From NCBI GenBank assembly GCA_017601395.1, contig JAFNIQ010000001.1:16542-80541 (forward strand): 64,000 nucleotides of DNA, read 5' to 3'. A program made the translations under genes and the position numbers. The notes under the pieces were generated by a model, which ran no database searches, was not told the DNA's origin, and saw nothing but the letters and a program-made list of their open reading frames with translations. The DNA comes from Candidatus Brockarchaeota archaeon (GTDB taxonomy: Archaea > Thermoproteota > EX4484-205 > JAAOZP01). Of this stretch, positions 45,189 through 54,987 are shown piece after piece; within the stretch, counting starts at the first letter, position 1, and each line of letters begins with the position of its first letter.

Positions 45189-46037
45189 TTATTCTGCCCT
45201 AACCAATAACGCTATGGTTTGAGGCCCGATTTGGAGTGCTAATGCCTTTAGTTTTTCTCTACAGTAAAACGGAGAATAAATTATCGTCACGTTTCCCTGC
45301 TTTAAAACATACTGTGCGAATTCTCCACCATCCCGGGTCCAAGGCAGAATAGGGATTATCTCAAACGATCCATCCTCATACTCCACTTTAACCCCGGCGG
45401 AGAACATCTCAACCTCAGATACGGATGTATTGCCGTAAAAACATTCATGGAGGCGGAGTATTGTTGACGCAAGGTAGGTGAAGACTACTCCTCTGAAGAC
45501 TATTTTCGTACCGTTCTCCAGCTCGCTCGCCGTTACCAGCAGGTATCTGAACCTTAAGCCTCCCACTGTGACAAAACCTTCTGAAAGATCCAGGTTTTCG
45601 TAGAGCGGTATTTGCCTTGACGCAACCCGATGAATCTCAGGGATCGTCACCGCTGATAGCAGGACAACGATTACAACTAAACTTAGAATATTAAGCATCC
45701 TACTCTTTCTTACACTCATCTGTTCAACGAGCTGTGTAAACCGTAAAGCCTCCCTCCCATCGTCACTTATCACATACTTTCCATAGGCGTCCTGTTTCAC
45801 AAGGTCTCTCAGCCTCTCTAAGTGGTACTGAAGATGGCCACTGCTCTCCATCCCCAGAGCCCTTTTAAGCTCCGAAAAGCCCATGGGTTCCTGCTGAAGA
45901 ACCTTCAATATCCTTATCCTCACAGGATGCGCGAGAACGTCGAAGAGCCCAGCCCTTCTTATAGAATCATCCCTCTCCATTGATTCCGAATGTTTCACAT
46001 ATGATTTAAGGCTTTTCAAGTCTAAAATTCTGGACAA
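45189..46037 (-). CDS. ArsR-family HTH transcriptional regulator fused to a TM helix and a C-terminal extracytoplasmic domain
   Basis: The N-terminal VLAHPVRIRILKVLQQEPMGFSELKRALG is a winged-HTH ArsR signature. It is followed by a hydrophobic helix (ILSLVVIVVLLSAVTI) and a domain of about 150 aa. Confidence 0.55.
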   Translation of the reverse strand: MSRILDLKSLKSYVKHSESMERDDSIRRAGLFDVLAHPVRIRILKVLQQEPMGFSELKRALGMESSGHLQYHLERLRDLVKQDAYGKYVISDDGREALRFTQLVEQMSVRKSRMLNILSLVVIVVLLSAVTIPEIHRVASRQIPLYENLDLSEGFVTVGGLRFRYLLVTASELENGTKIVFRGVVFTYLASTILRLHECFYGNTSVSEVEMFSAGVKVEYEDGSFEIIPILPWTRDGGEFAQYVLKQGNVTIIYSPFYCREKLKALALQIGPQTIALLVRAE

Positions 46038-46105
46038 GCAGGAATATAGATACCTGATTAGGTCTAGAAGAGAGGCATTATATATGCACTTCCAAATACT
46101 CCTTA

Positions 46106-46834
46106 ATGGAAGGAAGTGAGAAGATGAGAACAGTAAAAGTGCTGTCTAGGAGAAGTTCTACTATCTTAAGTTTTGCTCTAATTTCCTTTCTCGCGGCAAT
46201 AGTGCTGTTACAGGGTAAGGTGAGGAGTCAAGCGGCCGGTCCAGAAAAATTAATCCCGATCAATATTCAAGCAATAAAGCTCGAGAATCCTACAAACGAT
46301 CCGTACAAATGGCCCCCTCCATTCCTAAGGGAAATCATGTTGGATGACGGAAGAGTATTGAAAGTTAACCTCTGGGGCTTCATCCTCAGGGCTACAGGGC
46401 AACTTTTTAAAGAGGAGGGGTATTTCTGGATTGCATCTTGGAAGTTCATGTATATTGCCGGACCCCCTAAAGGTTCAAGCTCCGCGAAAGCCACCTTTCA
46501 TTTCAAATTCTTGACCTTTGAGAGGCCGGAGCCATCTTCAATAGGCGAACCAACCGGAGGAGTGCTTTCTACTCGAGAAGCTCGCATACATGGCGGTTTC
46601 TATGAACCGGCGGGTGTACCGATATGGGTAACAATCACGTGGGAACCAGCGGATAAGCCAATAATAGTATCTGCCTACTGCGCCGAAACCAGAAGAGGGC
46701 AAGGCTATCAAATCACTGGAGGTAGCTGGACCGGAAACCTGACGGTACTCGACTCGGGAATCAACTATGTTGTAGTGGGGAACCCAAATGACGATGTCAC
46801 TATAACGTATTCAGGCGAGTTAATCTGGCCATGA
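46106..46834 (+). CDS. Hypothetical secreted protein with an N-terminal signal/anchor
   Basis: Hydrophobic N-terminal segment (ILSFALISFLAAIVLL). No recognisable motif. It is divergent from the ArsR-like gene. Confidence 0.45.
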   Translation: MEGSEKMRTVKVLSRRSSTILSFALISFLAAIVLLQGKVRSQAAGPEKLIPINIQAIKLENPTNDPYKWPPPFLREIMLDDGRVLKVNLWGFILRATGQLFKEEGYFWIASWKFMYIAGPPKGSSSAKATFHFKFLTFERPEPSSIGEPTGGVLSTREARIHGGFYEPAGVPIWVTITWEPADKPIIVSAYCAETRRGQGYQITGGSWTGNLTVLDSGINYVVVGNPNDDVTITYSGELIWP

Positions 46835-47363
46835 TCCAACTCTATACTCAATCTCCTCTCTCTTATTTTTCCGCTTCACTGTTTTAAACACGACATTCTC
46901 TTAATAAATTTGAGACCATGTTTATGGAATAAGTATCAGCGTCATCCCTTATATTCTGTCAGGCGATATGCGCTAAATAGTGATGCAGCGCACCTATACG
47001 ATTGCTGCCCCTTCTTGAGAGAAAATGTTCATGATGTTTCCTATGACCTTTGGCGTCAATCTGCATAGACAGTTATTGCCGCGAAGAGTAAGGGGCCTCT
47101 TACTAAAACCAAAAATAGGAATAGGGCAGAAATATTTCACTTTCTTTCCAATTTCAGAAGGAAACTGGATGCAATTTTGAAATCAAGAATGAGTTAAACG
47201 CTTCCCTACTGGATTTTAGATTTAGCTGATGAAGTTACAGGTCTCATAAAACTTCTAGAGAGGCTTAAATACATGAGGCTTGAATGATGCTGGGCAAACA
47301 AATTCAAATATTAGAAAATGGCAGATGAAATAAAAATGAGGGCATGAGGTTTAGGAAGGGTCT

Positions 47364-48461
47364 TTATGTATATGCTCCGTATTTTCTGATCAGCTTTATG
47401 TATTCTTGAAATGCGCTGAAAGAAACATCAGGCGGCACACTGTGGTCTGAACATGCTATGTATCCCCCGCCCTTTTTTGCGGCGGGTATCTTGCGGGATA
47501 TTTCAACCTCAATCTCCATGGGGTTGCCAATCTTCCTCGCATCGAGGTTTCCGATGAAGGAAAGGGTCTTCCCATATTTCTCTTTCAGCTCGACAACGTC
47601 CATTCCCGCCTTAACTTCCATCGGCTGTAAGGCCGTGAAACCAGCTTCGATCAATTTGGGGATCAACAGGTTCACGTTGCCGTCAGTATGCAATATGGTC
47701 GGCATATTCCTCACCCTATAGGCAGAGGTCATTTGAGCATGCGCCGGCTTCACGAACTCGTCGTAAACCTTCGGGGAGAAGAACGGCCCCTTGTTGTAAC
47801 CTATATCATCCCAAACCCACAGTCCGTCAACTCCTAGCTTAAGATAGGTTTCCACGATCCTTGAGAAATACTGGCCCAAATGTCTGAAAATATACTTAAC
47901 GAGGCCCGGATCCCTGTGGATCGCGACCAACACCTTGTCCACGCTTTCCCCAAGTATATGTCTAGTTGCTTCAAAAGGACCTATTATCGAGCAGAATACG
48001 GCGTAACGCTCCTTCAACCTCCTTATGCCTTCCTCAAGCTCCCTCTTAAACGGGTATTTGCTGCTTGAAACCCTGATTGGCAGCTCAGGGTCTAATAGGG
48101 GCTCAAGCTTCTCTTTAAAATCCTCAATCGTCGAGACCGATGGTGGTCCAGCAGGATGAGGCGTACCGCTCCTACCGATCCAAGCCTTCACCCTCACGCC
48201 CCAGGAATCTATGTATGTTCTAAACTTATCATTCTCCTCGAGTATGATGGTGTCGTACTTAGGACTTACATCCGGACCTATTAGGTAGATATCGTAGCCA
48301 AAATAATCATGTAAGGAGACTCCTCTAGGCAGGCCCTCGCTATACCATCTCTCAAGGGTTTCGCCCCATGGGAAATCTATGAAGGGAACCCTGTCTGCCT
48401 CCTCGTGGTTTAACACTCTTAACACCCGTTCTCTCGAATCCATGTTTTTCAAAAATCCCAC
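47364..48461 (-). CDS. Uroporphyrinogen decarboxylase family protein (URO-D / MtaA-CmuA-like methyltransferase fold), intact
   Basis: N-terminal SRERVLRVLNHEEADRVP motif, TIM-barrel-length 365 aa, C-terminal …GGGYIACSDHSVPPDV… block. Confidence 0.7.
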   Translation of the reverse strand: MGFLKNMDSRERVLRVLNHEEADRVPFIDFPWGETLERWYSEGLPRGVSLHDYFGYDIYLIGPDVSPKYDTIILEENDKFRTYIDSWGVRVKAWIGRSGTPHPAGPPSVSTIEDFKEKLEPLLDPELPIRVSSSKYPFKRELEEGIRRLKERYAVFCSIIGPFEATRHILGESVDKVLVAIHRDPGLVKYIFRHLGQYFSRIVETYLKLGVDGLWVWDDIGYNKGPFFSPKVYDEFVKPAHAQMTSAYRVRNMPTILHTDGNVNLLIPKLIEAGFTALQPMEVKAGMDVVELKEKYGKTLSFIGNLDARKIGNPMEIEVEISRKIPAAKKGGGYIACSDHSVPPDVSFSAFQEYIKLIRKYGAYT

Positions 48462-48510
48462 TTATTACTTAAATCTATCCCTAAGACAAAAAGGGATGAG
48501 CCACATGTTC

Positions 48511-49698
48511 TCAAGCGGCTTTTCTAACTAGTAAAAACAATAGGGTTGAGAGCAGTGTTAAAACGCTGGCTGCGTAAAATATGGATGTCGGCCCAAGGCT
48601 TTCCCAGAGAAGGCCTCCCAGTATTCCTCCAAAAACCCCACCCAAACCATTGCTTAACTCTATGAATCCCATTGCTTCCCCAAGGTTTTCACCGTGGCAA
48701 ATCTCTGCTGTGAGAGTCCTCCTGGCGGGGAGGTCCATCGCCCCTACGAGACCGAAAACAAAAACGTAAAGCCCCATGGATGTAAAACTATCTGATAAAG
48801 CGAGAATAATCCAGGTTGGCGAGGATGCTGCCAGATGCGTCAACATCATTCTCCAGCTTCCCTTTCTTGTTGTGACCCATGCCCAGGGAAGGAAGCCGGC
48901 CGCCAGCCCAATGTTCCAAATCGAGATGACCATTCCGACTCCCGCCATGTCTAACCCAACGATTCTCTGGGCGAAAAGACTGATGTATGGGGAGATCATG
49001 AAGAAACCCAGTTCGTGAAAGAAGATTGAGAAACCGTAGAAGATTAGCCGTGGATTCTGCCTAAGCATGTGTAACGTTTTTCTAATGTCGACTGAGCTCG
49101 CTAAAACTTTCAGCCTGTTTCCAGGGGGTCTGCTTTTTCCTCCAGCAATATAGAGAGAATAAATCGGGACGGATAAGAGAAAAAATATTGAGGCGGTAAA
49201 AAACGGGAGTTCTACTGTAAAGATTTTTGAAAGCCAGCCTGCTAAAAATGAGCTCAGCGACGACCCGGCTAGGGTTGCAAGATAGAAAACTGCGAAGAAG
49301 AGTGGAGCCTTAGAGGATTCCGTGCTTTCAAATATCAGGGCACTATTGTTAGGCGTGAATAAGGCTGTCGAAAAACCGATTAGAATATAGAGTGATAAGG
49401 CTGTGAAAATGTTTGCTGCGAAATACACCAGTATGCATGCTACGGCGCCCAGAATACTGGAAACTATGAGTGGGGTACGTCTACCGGTGAAGTCGGAGAG
49501 TCTGCCGAACGGCATGGAGGTGAAACTGATGATGCCCCAGCTGACTGAGTTTAATACACCTATTTGACTAGGAGAGACCCCCTTGCTGTTGAAAAATGGG
49601 GAGGCTATTGCCCCCTGCATTGAGGAGGCTGCCTGATGGAGCAGGCCGCCTGCAAGAACACCTTTGAAATCCCTGTTTATCCCTTCTTTCAAACCCAT
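48511..49698 (-). CDS. MFS transporter
   Basis: 12 TM helices and a G-R-L-S-D-x-x-G-R-R motif after TM2. Confidence 0.7.
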   Translation of the reverse strand: MGLKEGINRDFKGVLAGGLLHQAASSMQGAIASPFFNSKGVSPSQIGVLNSVSWGIISFTSMPFGRLSDFTGRRTPLIVSSILGAVACILVYFAANIFTALSLYILIGFSTALFTPNNSALIFESTESSKAPLFFAVFYLATLAGSSLSSFLAGWLSKIFTVELPFFTASIFFLLSVPIYSLYIAGGKSRPPGNRLKVLASSVDIRKTLHMLRQNPRLIFYGFSIFFHELGFFMISPYISLFAQRIVGLDMAGVGMVISIWNIGLAAGFLPWAWVTTRKGSWRMMLTHLAASSPTWIILALSDSFTSMGLYVFVFGLVGAMDLPARRTLTAEICHGENLGEAMGFIELSNGLGGVFGGILGGLLWESLGPTSIFYAASVLTLLSTLLFLLVRKAA

Positions 49699-49740
49699 TG
49701 AGGAGATCCCGTCTAATCCTTCTTTAAATTTTTAGAACTT

Positions 49741-49971
49741 CTATCTGACCCTTAAACTTGGAAACCTGTCTCTCACGAAGTTTTCAGTAGACCTGTCATA
49801 TGTTTTCTCAGCCTCCTTGGAGAAGAAGCATGCTGGAAGCTCTCCGCGTACCCTATGGTAACTTATGCATTCGCAGCATATTCCCTTCCTAACGCAATCG
49901 GGCCATGTGCAAGGACAGTTCTTCAAGTTTTTTTCTCTTTTGCAATCCATGGTGGAAAAGCTGGGCCTCAA
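49741..49971 (-). CDS. Small Cys-rich protein (76 aa; C-x8-C-x-C-x4-C-x5-CC-x-C … C), putative metal-binding
   Basis: Eight Cys in the first 48 residues in a pattern (NCPCTWPDCVRKGICCECISYH) that recalls DUF6485-type small proteins. Confidence 0.4.
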   Translation of the reverse strand: MRPSFSTMDCKREKNLKNCPCTWPDCVRKGICCECISYHRVRGELPACFFSKEAEKTYDRSTENFVRDRFPSLRVR

Positions 49972-50049
49972 GTATTTTAATTTTTAGTTTAGTTTTTGAA
50001 CTTGGCTGACAAATAAGTTTATAATAATCGAAACCTCATCTGAAAACGA

Positions 50050-51420
50050 GTGATCATGGTTAAGATAACTGTTATTGGAGCAGGAAGCCTAGCTTGGTCG
50101 GCGACGCTGGTTCGCGACTTATGTTTGACTCCGAGCCTGAGAGGTTCAACAGTAGTGTTCATGGATATAAACAAGGAAAGGCTGAGCCTGATTGACGCTT
50201 TCGCTAAGAGGTATGCTTCCGAGGTTAAAGCCAACCTGGTTTTTGAGAAAACAACCGACAGGAGGGCTGCGTTAAAGGATTCAGACGTGGTGATAAACAC
50301 AGCCATGGCTGGGGGCCACTCTTACTATGAAAACATGAGAATGATTTCAGAGAAGCATGGCTACTATAGGGGGATAAACAGTGTTGAGTGGAACATGGTT
50401 TCAGACTACCATACTATATGGGGATACTACCAGTTTAAACTTGCCTTGGATATCGCGAGGGATATTGAGGAATTAAGCCCAGAAGCATGGCTTCTCCAGC
50501 TCGCCAACCCTGTTTTCGAGCTAACCACTCTAATAAGCAGGGAGACTAAGACAAGGATCATAGGTCTTTGCCACGGCCACCTGGGTTATCTAGAGATATC
50601 CAGTATCCTAGGGCTTAACCCTAGGAATATTGATTTCGAGGCCATAGGTTTTAACCACGTCATCTGGCTAACCAGGTTTAAACATGATGGGGAAGACGCT
50701 TACCGTTTCATAGACGACTGGATTAGAAACAAGGCTGAAGAATACTGGAGGATTTGGCGCGAGGATCAAGTAAACCCGTTCGACATACAGATGTCTCCAG
50801 CAGCCGTCGACATGTACAGGACCTACGGGCTTTTCCCGGTAGGGGACACTGTTAGAGGTGGAACGTGGAAGTATCATTGGAACCTTGAGACTAAGAGAAA
50901 ATGGTACGGCTCTCTAGCGGGCCCGGATTCTGAAACCGGTTGGAAAGTATACTTAGATATGCTTCAGTACAACTTTGACACGATAGCTGCGGCGATAAAG
51001 GATCCGGCGCCTTTGACAAGAGTGCTTCCCCCAAATCTTAGCCGGGAATCAGTTGTCCCAATAATAGACTCTTTGATGAACGATAAGGTGGGAACCTACC
51101 AGGTTAACGTTTTAAACATGGGTGTGATAGCTGATTTGCCTGATGACGTTGCCGTCGAGATTCCGGCTAAGGTTGACGGGAGAGGCGTGCACAGGATGAG
51201 GGTTGAAAAACTGCCTAGGCGAATAGTAAACTATGTTCTCCGGCCAAGAATGATGAGAATGGAGTGGGCTCTTGAAGCTTTCTTAGATGGTGGTCGTGAC
51301 ACTCTTTTCGAATGGCTGGTGACAGACACTAGGACAAAGTCTACAGAGCAGGTTAACCAGGTCATAGACGACATTCTTTCAATGCCGGAGAACCTGGAGA
51401 TGGCGAAACATTTCAAGTGA
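50050..51420 (+). CDS. Glycoside hydrolase family 4 (NAD+/Mn2+-dependent alpha-glucosidase/galactosidase or 6-phospho-glycosidase)
   Basis: N-terminal Rossmann KITVIGAGSLAWS, a GLCHG catalytic Cys-His motif, and a length of 456 aa. Confidence 0.8.
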   Translation: MIMVKITVIGAGSLAWSATLVRDLCLTPSLRGSTVVFMDINKERLSLIDAFAKRYASEVKANLVFEKTTDRRAALKDSDVVINTAMAGGHSYYENMRMISEKHGYYRGINSVEWNMVSDYHTIWGYYQFKLALDIARDIEELSPEAWLLQLANPVFELTTLISRETKTRIIGLCHGHLGYLEISSILGLNPRNIDFEAIGFNHVIWLTRFKHDGEDAYRFIDDWIRNKAEEYWRIWREDQVNPFDIQMSPAAVDMYRTYGLFPVGDTVRGGTWKYHWNLETKRKWYGSLAGPDSETGWKVYLDMLQYNFDTIAAAIKDPAPLTRVLPPNLSRESVVPIIDSLMNDKVGTYQVNVLNMGVIADLPDDVAVEIPAKVDGRGVHRMRVEKLPRRIVNYVLRPRMMRMEWALEAFLDGGRDTLFEWLVTDTRTKSTEQVNQVIDDILSMPENLEMAKHFK

Positions 51421-51536
51421 ATCCTTGCTTGTTAAAGTGTTTTCTGCCGCGTTGTCCAAGCTTATTTGACTGAAAGAGGTTCGGCGGGAGGATTAACGTG
51501 GGAAAATATGGGAAGCGTTACAGGGTGCTGAGTAAA

Positions 51537-52343
51537 CTACGCTAGGGCAAGACCCTCCTTCTTAGCCTTTCTCTCCAAATGGAATATTGCAGCTTTCGCT
51601 AGAAGGCCGAAACCTAGTGTGAAGGCGATTAGCATTCCGATCTCGATTTCCACAGGCCACACGGTGCTGGTTCCCATTATGAAGTGGCGTGAAAGATCAA
51701 TCCCGTGGGTTAGAGGTATTAGGAATGCGATGATTTTCAACGGGTCAGGCATAAACTGGAGGGGTACGAACATTCCCGTGGCTATTTGAAAGAGGAAATT
51801 TAGGATGGACATCACCGCTGAAACATCTTTGAAAAGCAGTATGGCGCTGGACATTATAACACCTATCTGGCATAGGGCTAGGAAGGTTAGGAGTAGCGTG
51901 ATGCAGGTCATTAAGAAAGCAGGTAGAGGTGGAAAACTGCCTAGGAGGATGAATGCTGTCGCAAACATAGGTATTATGCCGAACAATGTTCCAACAACAG
52001 CCTGGGAGACGGATGAGGAAAGCATGTAGACATATCTGGAGACTGGCGAGGCAAACGTATACTCGATCTGCCCCCTAGTTAACTCGTCCCTTATCTCCCA
52101 GGCTCCCCAGGTTGCAGCACCCTGGTAGTTTTGGAAAGCAACCCCGATTAATAGAAATACCGCGTAATTCGTGCTTCCAATCGAGCCGAGTTTAGCAGGG
52201 TCTATTACGAACCCGAATATCATGAGGCCAAGACCCCATATGAAGCTCATTATCAACTCGACCGTGAAATTCAGCTTGTAACGCGTTATCTCTCTTATTC
52301 TCCTCCAGACTGTCATCCTGATCATTGTCAGAATATTGCTCAT
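51537..52343 (-). CDS. ABC-2 type transporter permease
   Basis: Six TM helices. A 4-nt overlap with the upstream ATPase gene. Confidence 0.65.
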   Translation of the reverse strand: MSNILTMIRMTVWRRIREITRYKLNFTVELIMSFIWGLGLMIFGFVIDPAKLGSIGSTNYAVFLLIGVAFQNYQGAATWGAWEIRDELTRGQIEYTFASPVSRYVYMLSSSVSQAVVGTLFGIIPMFATAFILLGSFPPLPAFLMTCITLLLTFLALCQIGVIMSSAILLFKDVSAVMSILNFLFQIATGMFVPLQFMPDPLKIIAFLIPLTHGIDLSRHFIMGTSTVWPVEIEIGMLIAFTLGFGLLAKAAIFHLERKAKKEGLALA

Positions 52344-53350
52344 CCTCCCCCACCCTCAACCATTATTTTAAACGCTTCTTCAAGCGTTAGATTCTCTATC
52401 CTTATTCCAGGCCTCTGTCCTTTGTCTTTTAAAAGCTTGATCACAACCGGCAGAGTTTCATAAGCATCCTTACAGTAAATCCTAAGATCAGAGTTCTCCC
52501 GTTGAACGCTGATAACTCCCTCGACATGGGTCAGCTGCTTCACGAGTTCTTCGTGAACATTATTCCCGTTTATCTGAATGACCTCGGTTCTAGTGACTGA
52601 TTCCCTCATTTTCTCCGGTGCACCGTCGAATATAATCTTGCCCTTGTTCATCATGATAACCCTATCGCCTATCTCTTCAGCCTCCTTCATGTTGTGGGTT
52701 GTGACGATTATTGCTGCCTCTCTATTCTGAGCGTAATCCTTCAAATATTTTCTAACTTTAGAGGCAGTAAGGGGATCAAGAGATTTAGAAGGCTCATCCA
52801 TGAACACGATCCTCGGCCGGGTTATTAGAGACCTCATTATTACGAAAGTCTGCTTCTGTCCTCCTGAAAGAGCAATGAAATACTGGTCCAGGCAATCTTT
52901 AAAATCGAACTCCCTAGCCATCTCCTCAATCCTCTCGTGAGCCTCAGACCTGTGTAACCCGTGGAAAGCAGTGGCGAAGAAAATCAGGTTCTCCCTAGCG
53001 GTCAACCTGAAGAAAGCGGATCTCTCACTATCTTGGCCAGCGTAACCTATTATTCTCCTAACCCTGTCGGCCTGAGAAACCACGTCGTAGCCGCCGACCC
53101 ATGCTTGTCCCTCGTCTGGAAACAGGAGGGTGCTCAATATCTTTACTAAAGTAGTCTTGCCGGCTCCATTAGGCCCGAGAAGACAGACTATTTCCCCCTG
53201 TCTGACACTGAAGCTGACGCCTTGAAGCGCAACCGTCTGCTTTCCACCGGACCTATATGTCTTGCGAAGACCCGTAGCCTGAACCAGGGTTCTCGAAACC
53301 GGTTTTTCCATGACGGTTGTCTCGGCTGCGGCTCTTGCTTTAACACTCAT
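52340..53350 (-). CDS. ABC transporter ATP-binding protein
   Basis: Walker A GPNGAGKTTLVK, signature LSGGQKQT, Walker B VFMDEPS. Confidence 0.85.
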   Translation of the reverse strand: MSVKARAAAETTVMEKPVSRTLVQATGLRKTYRSGGKQTVALQGVSFSVRQGEIVCLLGPNGAGKTTLVKILSTLLFPDEGQAWVGGYDVVSQADRVRRIIGYAGQDSERSAFFRLTARENLIFFATAFHGLHRSEAHERIEEMAREFDFKDCLDQYFIALSGGQKQTFVIMRSLITRPRIVFMDEPSKSLDPLTASKVRKYLKDYAQNREAAIIVTTHNMKEAEEIGDRVIMMNKGKIIFDGAPEKMRESVTRTEVIQINGNNVHEELVKQLTHVEGVISVQRENSDLRIYCKDAYETLPVVIKLLKDKGQRPGIRIENLTLEEAFKIMVEGGGG

Positions 53351-53580
53351 GTTTTCATCACCAGACCAATAACACTGTTTTTAAAAATGACTCACGAAAT
53401 GTGAATTCTGAATGTAATTGTCTGAAGAGAGTCGCCCAATGCCTTCCAGGGTTGTTTCCCGCCATTTCAGAAATGCTTCTCTATGAATGCTTTTAAGAAT
53501 TTTGCAACTTTTTACCCAAGTATTTGCCCACCCGGCGCGTGTTGCATTATGAATGACGATTATCTACCTCGATCTAACTT

Positions 53581-54987
53581 TTACCTTTCTTCCACGAGTG
53601 TTAACTCTCCGTCCTTTTTAACCACCACGAATAGCGCTGCCAGAGCTGTGCATGTCGATAGTGCTCCCATGTATCGCGTAAGGCCAGTTAAATCAACTGT
53701 CTGAGACGCTACTTTGAACACGTAGTTGATCGGCTCGCTCTCCACAATCCGGTATAGCTGTCCATATAAGACGATGCTTACTGCCCGCGTTGTCAGGTTT
53801 CCCTCGCCACTCCTCAGGAACCCGTCGGAATCATAGGTTCCAGTAAAATAATGTATAGTCGTATTCACGTTGACAACGCTGACTGTCGACCCCCCTCTCA
53901 CCATTACTGGGAGTCTAATGCTCTTACTGCTTAAAATTATCTGCCTGTTAGAATTGGCTGCATTGTAAAGCAATCCCGCCGTGTTCAACCTGTTTAGCAA
54001 TATTCTCGTAGTGTCCAAAGATACGCTGGCAATCTGAGACTCCAGGTCTGGCAGCTGTATGCCCACGTAGTCAACGTAGGGGGCTCCTTCACACGTATAT
54101 TGAATTGTTGTTGACTTTACAGTGCCTTGAACAGCTAACCCTGAGGAGGCGTAGGCTGCTCCAGCTAAAAGCAGAACCATGAAAACTGTGGTAATGGCTT
54201 TGGAGAAAAAGCCTAGTCCCCTCGTCTTCAGGTTGATAGGCATCAAGTAGGGGAGGAGGCTGTATGCCCGCAGCATTCTAAACATGGCAATCCTCCTTTT
54301 ATCGACAATGAGCGGAAGCAACGCTATTCCCATTACGAATCCCCCTGCGTGAGCAAAAACTGCTGTGCTTCCCGCGGTCTTGGTGAAGCCGTAAATCACC
54401 TGTGTTGCAAACCAGAATATTATGTAGTAGGCGGCCTTGATTCTGAAAAACATTGGGAAGAGTATGAAGCTCCAGCCTACTATGAGATATGTACCCGGGT
54501 AAAATATGAGGTACGCCCCCAGGATTCCGCTGATCGCTCCAGACGCGCCGATTGCAGGAACCGTGTATGCTGAAAAACCACCTAGAAAGCTGAACGCGGT
54601 GTGGAATATGGATGCTGCAACTCCTGCCGTCAAGTATAAAAGTAGGAATCTTAACTTGCCTAGGATGCTTTCAACAGCCCTGCCGAAAACATATAGGAAA
54701 TACATGTTGAAGAGTATGTGGAAGAAATCGGCATGGAGAAACATGGATGTAAAAACCCTATACCACTGGAAGGGGGTTTCTATAAGCGAAGGGATGAAAC
54801 CACCTATGCTCACCCAGTATTCACTGGTCTCTATGAAGAAACTCTCGTAGGAGGTTAAGACGTATGTTAAAACATTAACCATTATTATGATTATTGTAAC
54901 CGTCGGCTTGGTTTTAAAACCAGCTGGACTACCAATCGGTATGCCGAAACTCGTTCTAAATCCGCCGGAAGCCATTTCCCTACTCAT
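53581..54987 (-). CDS. Rhomboid-family intramembrane serine protease fused to an extra TM and a C-terminal extracytoplasmic domain of about 200 aa
   Basis: Catalytic GASGAISG (GxSG) and FAHAGGF His motif, plus an HxxxN-type segment (FLHADFFHILFNM). The C-terminal half is non-rhomboid and soluble-like. Confidence 0.75.
   Translation of the reverse strand: MSREMASGGFRTSFGIPIGSPAGFKTKPTVTIIIIMVNVLTYVLTSYESFFIETSEYWVSIGGFIPSLIETPFQWYRVFTSMFLHADFFHILFNMYFLYVFGRAVESILGKLRFLLLYLTAGVAASIFHTAFSFLGGFSAYTVPAIGASGAISGILGAYLIFYPGTYLIVGWSFILFPMFFRIKAAYYIIFWFATQVIYGFTKTAGSTAVFAHAGGFVMGIALLPLIVDKRRIAMFRMLRAYSLLPYLMPINLKTRGLGFFSKAITTVFMVLLLAGAAYASSGLAVQGTVKSTTIQYTCEGAPYVDYVGIQLPDLESQIASVSLDTTRILLNRLNTAGLLYNAANSNRQIILSSKSIRLPVMVRGGSTVSVVNVNTTIHYFTGTYDSDGFLRSGEGNLTTRAVSIVLYGQLYRIVESEPINYVFKVASQTVDLTGLTRYMGALSTCTALAALFVVVKKDGELTLVEER

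Noticed and set aside
47084-47104. Hairpin agtaagGGGCCTcttact followed by aaaaccaaaaat
   Set aside because: For the plus strand it is followed by an A-rich tract, not a T-rich one. For the minus strand the T-run precedes the stem. Neither fits an archaeal oligo-T terminator. Both neighbouring genes already have T-rich tracts closer to their stops.
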